This document shows positions 14,330 through 24,625 of a stretch of 55,759 nt of DNA, piece by piece (the stretch's first letter is position 1; each line of letters opens with the position of its first letter). The notes beneath the pieces were generated by a model. It saw only the letters and a list, made by a program, of their open reading frames with translations, was not told the origin of the DNA and ran no database searches. Location: the NCBI GenBank assembly GCA_000934665.2, contig JYFJ02000643.1, forward strand, positions 62,001 through 117,759, in the 5' to 3' direction. This DNA comes from Catajapyx aquilonaris (taxonomy: Eukaryota). A program made the position numbers and the translations under genes.

Positions 14330-17300
14330 CTGCAACAAACGCAAAAGGAAATGGAGCCATAAGTTGATACAAATCTCAATTTGCGCTCAGAGCTCGGAAT
14401 ACATTTCTTAAGTGTTTCGAGCAAGTTGACGAGAGAATCTTAAGCACTCGAGTTCGCTTTTAAGTAATCGTCGTTGGCGTCTCCAAGACCATATCCTTCC
14501 AAGAACGACGCCTGTGCTTTAGTGAAAAAAAGGCAAAAAAAAAAAGTTGGAAGCTCTTGATACCCCTTCTTCAAGTTTCAAAAGAATGGGTGAGTACAAA
14601 AAAAACGAAGATACGCATCTCTTTCTTCTTTACGATGCCTAGAGCTAAGATATATAGACATGTAATTAACTGTTGCGAATCGAGCCAAGTTTCATGTTGC
14701 CCTAAAAAAGGCTTTAAGATTATTAAAAAACGAGAGCCTCATTTTTTTAAACAAAATCTGTAATATTAGCACATGATTGCACTAGTTCGAAAGTTTGAAC
14801 TATTTGATTCCATGATGTAATAACACCAATTTCTGACATATTCATAGAGATTCAAAAAAATTCCGCATCGCAATTCGGTTCAATAGGTTTTGATCAGACC
14901 CTTTGCATATAACATTTTCCAGCAGATTCGAAGAAAAATTCTGCAATAACTTCCATCTGCGGTCTAATACAACATTGATGAGGAAGATCTCTTATCCTTG
15001 ACATGAGATTGAAAATACTTATATCCTTAGGGTTATGTTTCGGCACTAAATCTCAGCTGCACTGGTAGCCAAGGCACATAAGCTCCATAAATCCTGGCCG
15101 CTTATCACTTTCTATATCCCTGTGAGAGACATTGAGTGAATCGATGATGCGGTATAAAGAATATCCGCACCCGGATTTCACCAATTTCGTCCTTTTCCCT
15201 TCCAAAAATTATGGGTTTTTTTGGGTTGACTCTGCAAACTGAATTTCATTGCATTTAGGACTGGGGGAAAAAAGTCCAATTTTTGGTTGCAGAACAAATG
15301 GTCACCTATAGTCCTTGTAGACTTTGTCTTCAGCTTGAGCATTTTGATCGTTTGTATTTTTGGAACGGGAGATCCAATAGTTTTTAATGAACTAGGAACA
15401 AACATTGGAGTTCGTAATGACAAGTCTGGTTCTAAGAAGTCGATAATTAATCAGCCACGTTCTAACTCCGAAATGAATGAGGGAATAGGAAAAACACTAT
15501 TGTAAAGACAACCTGCGTTTGCAGGGGGGAAAACAGCCACTGGCAAATATTGCCTCTCTTTTTTTCCTATAACAGCATTGGTTGAAAACACGACAAGATA
15601 TCGTTGGTGTTAACAAATGGTACAAAGAGCAGTTTGAGTGACATTAAACGTGCAAATAAATTTTTAAATTATTTTTTCATCCGATTTAGCTATTGAAAAA
15701 GCACTTTGGATTATTGTTATGTTTCGCTTTCTGAACATATACAGTCAGAAAAAAGGCCAGTTGTAAAAGTAAGACTAACTCTTGCAGAATTGATAGTCGA
15801 CTCTCTTTCATACTGAATGGTTCTGCTCATTACGGCTGTCGAATGTACGTACAACAACCGAGCAGAAAAGAAGGAACAAACATTTCAGAATCCTATCTTG
15901 TAAGTAGCCCATTTAGATGAAAATTGAGCCATAGATTTCAATTCGTACAGTTTCCACTTCAGACTTAAAAAGGCAAGCCCTATTTACACTGATACTGGAA
16001 ATACAGTCTCCCTTCGCAATGCAGAGTCTGTATAGAGCATCTGAGCAAAAGGACTCACGTATGAAAGATAAAAATAGAGTTACATGCTGCTTGTAGTCCA
16101 GTTGAAGGCAAATAAGAATGCAAAATGAGAGAAAATTCGGAATTTAACCCTGCTTCACTATTTTGATATTAAAATATTTGCACTTAGTGTAAATATTTTA
16201 AACTCAAAATACTGTCATTTTTTTCTTATAGTGTAACCTTATCTGAAATTCTAACATAGTCAAGTAGCCGAATTTTAGGCTATACCCACGCACGTTTTAA
16301 ACTCATTTTTTCATTCATTAATATTCCCAGCACTCCCGAAACCAATTAAGAATGTTAATGTTCCTCCCAAAAACTTATTACAACTCAAGACGCGTACAAT
16401 AAAGAGCTTGATCATCTGCGGAGGCGAAGAGAAAGTGAGGGGGAAAAAACATTTGCAGAAAAATCCCTGGAGAATTTTCTTCCTTTACACCCATCCTTCC
16501 GAAATATACACTACTTATAAGGAATGGATGTGGGTGGTATAGATCGAAGGGTTCACATTCGCCTTGTTGAGCCGACCTAAAGAAGCAATCTCATCATCTC
16601 GTAGGATGAAAAGCCCCTGCGGTTAAATAAGCGGCAAGATGATATATATACAGGGTATGAAAAGAGCAGCTAAAGAAGACTCTTCAGTGGGATCACTGCC
16701 ATTTCAGGTTTCTGGACTTGTGATATTGAAGGGCAAGCCACGGGCACGAAGTCTATTACATTCTTCTTTTTTTACAAGTCAGGGTATATATTGCAACCTG
16801 TACTCATAGGAACACACTTTATGTCAGGGATTATTTTTTTTTGCATTCACTTGAAATTGAAATTACACTGTAAGTATCAGAATCTTCACTGGACATTACA
16901 GAGTATTCAGATTGCCAGGAAGGTTGAAAGCAGCCAACTCTTTAATTCCAAAAATATTTTATATAGGAAGTAAATATTTAAATGAAAATAATCTGGCTAT
17001 AGGAAGTATGATGCATGTTCCTATAGAGGTGATATCCTGTAAAGAATCGAGTCCTGTTCAATGTATCTCGGTTTCCATTTGCCTATTCTCTACATGTAAA
17101 TGGCTACCAAAGATACATCGAAACTTCCTGAGTAAAAAATGAGTTTGCTAAAGGTGCACACTTTCCTACGCTACATTTGAGATGCATAGAATTCACCCAC
17201 CATTTTTTTCTACCGCTTCTTGACTCTATAAATGGAGGGGAAAGTCCCTCCTCTTCTTCTTTCAGAGAGATCGATCTGAAGTCAAATGCTTTTCTTTTAT

Positions 17301-17662
17301 CAGACCCGAATAAATCGATTCCTTCAGACATATTGGTTCCGTTTAAAGAGTGCTCCTCAGGCAGGGTGAAATATTCTGACAGGTTTTTGAATGGAAACGA
17401 TACCCCCCAACTCTCTTATTTTTTCAGAGTGTGCATGCTTCTGATGCTTCTTCCGACCAGACGAAGAGCCATCAGTGTGCGTTCTCTCGTGTTATTTTAT
17501 CTCAAATCAATATTTTCAGAACGAAGTGCAAGATATGGAAGACTGATGCATTGTCAATCCGAAAATGAAAAATAAACATGGTGAAGCACTAAACAAGAAA
17601 AAAGCGGGTCGTGACAAAATATGATTCAATTTTACATAACGTTACTGATTGTTCTGGTCCAA

Positions 17663-18127
17663 TCATTTTGAAGGAGAAAGTGGAATTTGAACTTCAATAT
17701 TGTTAGTAACATAGCAAAAAAAAAAGCGATAGGACAAGACAAGGACGTACACAGTGGATCTGTCGATGGCTGGCTCCGGGCCCTTTCGACCACTTCTGAA
17801 GGTAGATGCTGTGTTGAGATGTATGGACGTGTAGACAGAGTGCGGCGATGCCTGTCCAACTCCTGCGTACCGGTACGGCACCCGGATACACGGACAGCAA
17901 TTGAGGGCCTGGTAGAAGCCCAGTCGAAACTTGGAGTTCATCATGAAGTAGATGAGCGGGTTGTAGCAGGTGTGAGACATGGCCAGCCAGTGTACCAAGA
18001 ACCAAACCACTTTCATGTACCGGAATTGAAGGACAGCTGGGCACAAGTCCATCAGAATCAGCAGGCAGTTTAGAGGAAGCCAGGCCAAAGTGTAGGCGCA
18101 CACGCAGGCCACCATCATCTTCACCAT
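17663..18127 (-). CDS. RYa-R: Alternative terminal exon A of the GPCR (TM6-ECL3-TM7-helix 8-tail; 154 aa; isoform 418 aa)
   Basis: Long polypyrimidine tract ending gccttcag|ATG GTG AAG ATG ATG. Reads MVKMMVACVCAYTLAWLPLN...HWLAMSHTCYNPLIYFMMNSKFRLGF, continuing KRK in phase 0 and open to a stop at 17663. Confidence 0.88.
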   Translation of the reverse strand: MVKMMVACVCAYTLAWLPLNCLLILMDLCPAVLQFRYMKVVWFLVHWLAMSHTCYNPLIYFMMNSKFRLGFYQALNCCPCIRVPYRYAGVGQASPHSVYTSIHLNTASTFRSGRKGPEPAIDRSTVYVLVLSYRFFFCYVTNNIEVQIPLSPSK

Positions 18128-19732
18128 CTGAAGGCAGGGCCAAAAGGGGAAAAAGAAAGGGACAGTTTGCTGACAAGAACAGAAGATGAGGATAGAACTG
18201 GGACACGAACATGCAACACTCAAAGCAACAGGGCGTTATGTTGGACGAAATATTGCGCGAAATTCTGAATCACCCTGTAGAGCCAATTACGTCTCAAAAA
18301 CTCACATTTGTTCAGTTAAAGTCGGTTAAACCAAAGAACGGTCTGACGTCACGTTCAGCCCCCTCCTATCATGTGCGCATGCTCAGAAAACATGGCTGGT
18401 GTGACGTCAGATCGTTCTTTGCCTTACAGGACTGATCTTGACATGTACAGGTCGTGCTGTCATAGCCCCTATTGTCAAACCTAGGTGGAAAAAAAGCGGC
18501 GCGCTTTTTTAATTGCGCGAAAAAAAACGGACGTTCCGCCTCATTGTAATATGTAGATAACGCGTTGCAAATGGGATAGATTGTGCCAGTAATGGCAACA
18601 CCCACAGCGCGTGTCGGTCGGGGCCACAAACCGCTCGGGACATGCAAATGGGACATTGTTTTTGCGTTTCAAAAGAGCTCTGCACCAGTAGGGGTTGGGC
18701 ATCAGTTGATGCCCAACCCCTCTGAAGGTCAGCCTTTATCCTTACAACTATGCAATGTTACAGGCACCTTTGTAATGCAAAAAGGCCTGCACATCAGGCG
18801 CGAATAAAGCTTTAAAAATATTCGATTTTTGAGCACTAACTTTTTCTCATAAAAATCTTATGGAACGGCTCTGCGCCGTCTGTCTGTGGACAGGTATCAG
18901 GGCCTAAACGGTATGAGATAGCAACAAACAGTTTTCGGATTTTCATGGTCAACTTCCGGTGACCGGTCACTTCCGGTTTAGCGGGTTCATTTTGTTAGCC
19001 AATGTCAAATAAGTTTTCTTGGACTTCTTGGCAACGGGAAATGAGTAGAATCGCATCGTGTCGCATCGTGTCGTATCGTATCATATTCAACAAAGTTGTC
19101 CGTCTCACATCCCGCTGCCCAATGAGAAAAAGTATACTCGAATCAGCGTGACTTGCCAATCTTGTCACTTTTGAACACATTGTTTTAACGGTCTCCAATC
19201 GGGATAAACAAACAAGCAAGCAAATAAGTAAATAAACAAATTGACAATCCAAAGTAATGCAGATTAGACATTTCAGTTGGTGAATAAACAAGGGAGTTGA
19301 ACCGTCGCAAGTTTAATACATTACCTGGAAAAGCAATTCGGCGAAAAGCTTCTCTCTATCGCCAATTTTTACGAGCGTATTTCTCAGTAACCAAGGAGAT
19401 ACAACCACTGGAGGAATCCAGGGGTGTAATTGAAGGGCTTGGTATATAAAAACCAGTGTCCCCTCGGAGTCCAAAAGAGGATTCCGGAGGACTATAAACC
19501 AAGCAAATAAGCAACATGATTTAAGGTCTTGATTTCGGAAGCAAATGGCGCATTTTAAGCTGGCGGATGAAACACAAAAAAATCACCCGACAGAAACACT
19601 TAGCAATTTTTACAAACAAAAAAAAAACTGAAGAAATTTTCGCAAAAGCTAATTTGGCGAGCTCCTCACGTCGCCCGCATACAAACGGAGCAGATGCTCT
19701 GTTCTCAAACGGATTTTCGGGCCAGCAGATAT

Positions 19733-19748
19733 TCGCCCCCTGGAGGCA
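19733..19748 (-). promoter_or_regulatory. CTCF-like motif (ttgcctccagggggcga)
   Basis: Close match to the CCxCCAGGGGGCG core. Motif match only. Confidence 0.3.
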
Positions 19749-21217
19749 AAATGGGAGTCACATTTCAGATGTGAACTCTTGGAGAATGAAGAACTATTTT
19801 CTGGTGGGTGCCACTGGCATGCCCATGACCTTTTCTGACCCAACCTCGAGGCGCTAATTTGGTCCGGAGGTTTTGGAGTAGTTGAACTCGCAAAGTTATT
19901 ACGCGCATTCATGATGATTTATTAGACGTGGCCTCTACAAGAGCGAGGTGAAATTATGAGAATTCCGAGCAAGCTGGACCACAGAGGATGGCGATTCAAA
20001 TCAATAGAGATGCTAATAATGTGGCAGACTCCGGGCATGGAGTAAACAGTCTCATGTAATTAACTCAAACATACTTTCACAAATGACGAGTTGAAAATTA
20101 CGGAAAAACTATTATTAATTTTCTTCATGCAATATAAGCTCATGCATTTGGATTAAATTCCGAATTTATTAACTATTACAATACTATTACCTAACATCAT
20201 GAATAAACATTGCACACTTTCAAATATCCTGCGGCACTTTACGAAGCGGATGCATAATTCTTAGTGTGAGTTATAGTTACAAAAGGCTAACACTTGCACG
20301 CATACTAATGAACCATTTCTTTTCATTAACGCCCCCGAAACTATACATCCTGCATCAAATTTCTTAAAAAGCCATAAAAAAGTTCATAAATTATGCGCAA
20401 TTAATATGAAGATCAATTGAGACGCATTTTCCTAACCTAGATGTGTCGGATTTAGATTTGTTTAATGTTTTATATTTTTATTTTATAAACAAATGCGGCA
20501 CTAACACAATAATTAAACATCTAACATTTATCTAGTACAAGACAGTGCCATATAATTAGGCCATTAGGCATATCTGGGTTAATATTAAGCATTAGTTGTT
20601 CAATGAATTCCGATACCTACAAGTAGAAATTCCGGATTTAAATGAAGAAATTAATATCTCAATTTTGTTAACACACTTCCGGTGACATGGTTATTTTTAC
20701 ACCTATAAGCTATAACAAAGCCCACGTAAACTAGCTTCTGCCACAAACACGCTTTCATTTCCTGAAATATTAAATTTCGTATCCACGCTCTTAAACCACT
20801 TTTAGGCAAATTTCCAGGTTAGTTAACTCCCCCCTAACAATGCAACTTCCAAGCGAATTATCCCGGATTTGACCCCCTGCACAGTCTCATATCAGAACCA
20901 ATTTTCCATCCGACAAGAGCACCTTAGTCTCCCTAGTTAAATTACGCGGGACAAAATCGGGGTAGGGCGGCGTTATTTTTTAATCACACCTTATTAGCCC
21001 TTGCTAGTAAAAGGTGCTCCGATAAAAGCGGAGGGATTAAAGCGTGACATCCTCGGCTTCAAGTAGGGTCATGACGAGAGAGCTAAAACCTTTTTTACTG
21101 CCTGTAAATATTGCATCCCATGTTCCCGTGTGTCGAGTTTCATCTCACGTAGCTCACTTTGCAAGAGAATTTCTATTTCCTGCTTCAAAAATGGGAGGAT
21201 GAGGATGGTCCAAGAGA

Positions 21218-21345
21218 TCTAACCTAACCTAACATAATATAACCTAACATATCCTAAGCAGGGAGCATATACTACATGTACGTAGTATATGCTCCCTGTC
21301 CTAAGCTAACCTATCCTAACCTATCCTAACCTATCCTAACCTAAG
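21218..21345. repeat. Degenerate interstitial (CCTAA)n = (TTAGG)n tract
   Basis: ctaacctaacctaac...ctaacctatcctaacctatcctaacctaa, interrupted by a 40-bp palindromic insertion. Confidence 0.75.
21259..21298. mobile_element. 40-bp TIR-only insertion (17+6+17) with 7-bp target duplication; P-superfamily-like footprint
   Basis: cagggagcatatactac-atgtac-gtagtatatgctccctg, flanked by tcctaag at 21252-21258 and 21299-21305. Confidence 0.75.
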
Positions 21346-24315
21346 AAGTAAAATGATAGCAGACTTGTGGACAATTGATTCTTGTTCTCTGTGTCTAAAT
21401 GTCGATTCCAAATTTCCAAACACATGAGGATGATTTATTGTAAAAGGGAAGTGGAAATGACGTCCTCTAAATTTTTGAAGACGGTTGCTAAGATAAGGTG
21501 TAAATACATTTCTGTCTTTCCTAAGGCCCGGAGATTGGATTGGAAGCTGGAGTCAATATAGCGGAGATAATTAAGACGTCGAGACGTTGTTTCTCATTAC
21601 AGACAATGGCAAGGAAAAATGATCAGTAACAGGAAGAAGTTTTCCGGCCCGGTTTTTTGGACACTGTAATTTGCGAGGCTGGAGATGGAGATGGTTTTAA
21701 AATACAATGCATCTCATTTCGTCTTGAAGTCAGCAACGATGTTAATTACACATCGGGGATGTAATATATCAGAATCTTGAGCGGACTGAGAGATATTTTG
21801 ATAATTACTTATAAGAAAGATGAGATTGACATCATTTAAATATCGCATTCCACGTATTACCAGTATGTAAATTAATGCCAATATTATTTCAGAATTTTCT
21901 TACGAAAATTTGCAAATATTGAATTACGTTAGTAGTAGCCGTTATAGTATAATAAGTTACATGCTACATTACACTCTCATTACGCTTTAGACACAATAAT
22001 AGAAATGAAAAGGCGGGATCTCTTGCTTTAAAAGGGAAGGAAACTACGCAGATGCCTTTCCAGCTTCGATTCCACGTGCGCAAAAAAAAGGTATTGAAAT
22101 CGGCAAACCCAAACAAATGCTCCATTAAGAGTAGGCCTAATGCATACCCCCTGAAAGTAATGGGGTGGTGGAAGAGACAATGACTGCAGGGGACTGTCAT
22201 TGGACTGATTCAGATTTAACACGTCGAGAATTCTAACAATAACAAAAGGGAAAACCTCAAGGGAAACCCGATAGAATTCAATAGCAAGGCACTCGAAATA
22301 ATTCAGCATTGTTAGGACACGTTAGTAAAAAGTGCGAAGTTCGTTCAGAAGACAAGATTCGACATGTTGAAAAACAACTGGTATATAAACTCCTTAAGAC
22401 CAGGAGCTTTTCCTTCCAAAGTCTGCCTGTCTAATTAAGACGTAAGTCAAGAGGGATTACACCTACGCTAACGTCTTCATTACACTTTCAGTGGGCCGGG
22501 AAATTGCTTGGGGAAGATAAATTGAAATTAATTAGCAATTCTCTTTTCTCGCGTGTTCAGATGCCATGTGTTGACGCGAAAATGCTTTTCCTTCACATAA
22601 AGTGCAAGCTAAAGCCTGACGTTACATGTAATTGCAATTTCAATAGTTCAAAGCCTCGTTGGCCAAAATGCAAATTTTCCAATAGCGCTTTAGGGTTAAG
22701 AAAATTTAAAGCGGGCCGCGCAGTGCATACAAAATATTTAATTAAATGGAAGGAAGGACGGAAAGCTCGGTTCCTACTGAAGTATTCGCTTCAACGGAGA
22801 CAAAAGGGGACGAGGCACAATGAGCAGCATCAATTGGAATCTTCATGTTATACTTCTTCTTGATTCCAGATGAAGGCGCGTGCTTACACTTTTTGAGCTC
22901 TCCCAGTTTTGCAAAGAAAAATTGCATCCCTTTTGTAAATCACTGATTTGATTTCACAGACGACTAATCCGGAAAACTTGGAAGAAATTCCGGCTGGCAA
23001 ACGATGCCAATATATCTCTTTGTTCTTGTAAGCTTGTACAGTACAGTATAATTCTCGTGAAGATTGTAAGATGAATCGCAATAAAATTTCGACACCGTCT
23101 TCTAATTGTAATTGTTAACTAAAGTTAGCTGTTAGCTGATGTTAACAAGCTAGTGAAGGAATCTTGAATTGAGCTGATTATTTTTAAAGCGGTTACTGTT
23201 AGAAGCTATCAAAAATATTAAGTGGAGGATACAAAATTTCCGAGGGGAATATCTGACGTTTCTATAAATCAATTATTTGATTTCGGAACAATAATCTTTG
23301 GATGCCGTTGCTACAGGGGGGGGGGGATTCCATTTGCATATACCAGGAGGTTGAAGCTGTTGTTAATTATTCGACATCGAATTGTAGGCTACTTATTATC
23401 ACAGCTTACAAAGTGGGTTCCCCAGAATTTGCCTTAAAAGCGGCTCATGTGGGTTTCGGTATAGGATTGAATTGAGCAGTTTGTGGTGGAAGTGGAAAGC
23501 CCATCTAATTAAGCATACTTAAAGTAGGCGGGGGCTTACAGGTAATGTGATTGACACAAGGTTTAAAACCAACACTACTAGAGACGGAAGGATCGATGTT
23601 TTTGGAGGGAAGCTGCTTATTATTTCTCACCAAGCAGTGGTCGCCCTGTGCTGCATTAACAAGGAGGGGGGAGTCCAAGTTTTCTTAATAAAGCGGGCAA
23701 TAATGAATGTTGAGGTCTCTCAGCGGTCCGGATACAGTTTTAGAACTAGACGTCTGCCGCAAAACCCATCCTGGTTGAGGCCAACAACGATATTGAAATT
23801 CCTATATCCAAGCCTCTTTCCAACTGCAAGAATTTTCACGGATGATGCTGAGGAGAAACTAACTATATCACCGGACGTACGAGGCGTGGCCCTGAGAATT
23901 GCTAATTATCCCGGAGAGGACATTATGAAACGTATTTAGCGCCAGAATAGAGCGATGTATGAGAGCTGTCAGCGTGGCTCCGAAAGTCACGCAGGAACTG
24001 TGTACATTAGGTTAATCTACTCCTGATGCTTTCATTATAAACAATTATTACGAACACGAGAGGGTCTGTACTTAATTGGGTACGAGTTGTATATATACAG
24101 TGAGAGAGTTGCGCATTTTTTTGTTCCTGGTATACACTGTACAGTACAGTATCACCTCGTGCGGTTGAAACTCATGAGATATTTCATGCGACTCTGCCTT
24201 TTAATAATTTTAATTGCATTATTTATTATTTCTTGTATTATAATATTATGATATTAGTTTATTTGTCTCGTTTTATTAATTACTAATGAGCAATATTATT
24301 AATATACTATCGATA

Positions 24316-24625
24316 CTAGCTGAGGACCCGTTCTTCACACGGGGATTGATAAGGGGAGGTGGGGAGGAGAGTGGAGGACCGCCATCTGTTATGGGAGTAA
24401 AATTACCTGAGATGAATATCAAACCCGATTGTAAAACACGAAAAAAAATCATAAATTTTGGGCATCTAGACTTTTAAAAAGTGAGGTTTTCGGACTTTTC
24501 TTAAATCAGCTAAGACATCTGTTTGCCAAGTTTCAGTCCTCTTAGAGGTGTGGAAGTGGGTTAGGTAGCCGAGACATACAAACAAACAGAGAAACTTACT
24601 GCTGTATGCATAAAAATATTGTTGA
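24316..24625 (-). mobile_element. Short non-autonomous Helitron (Lep1-like architecture)
   Basis: Minus-strand 3' end cccgt-gtgaaga-acggg hairpin, then tcctcag-CTAG|T. A (ctgt/ttgt)n tract lies near the 5' end. The 5' A|TC boundary at 24625 is tentative. Confidence 0.65.

Noticed and set aside
15050..15100. Minus-strand GAYVPWLPVQL resembling TM6
   Set aside because: In-frame stops lie just upstream, there is no KMM start, and spacing is wrong.
16715..16760. Minus-strand LPFNI-like fragment suggesting a third TM6 exon
   Set aside because: The Trp codon is out of frame, there is no hydrophobic helix upstream and no suitable splice sites; likely chance.
14225..17733. Shared tatcgctttttttt motif after the B1 donor and near the end of exon A
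   Set aside because: Mostly homopolymer and in non-equivalent positions; cannot be distinguished from chance.
21218..21345. Possible telomere or fusion site
   Set aside because: The tract is short, degenerate and in a single orientation within an intron.
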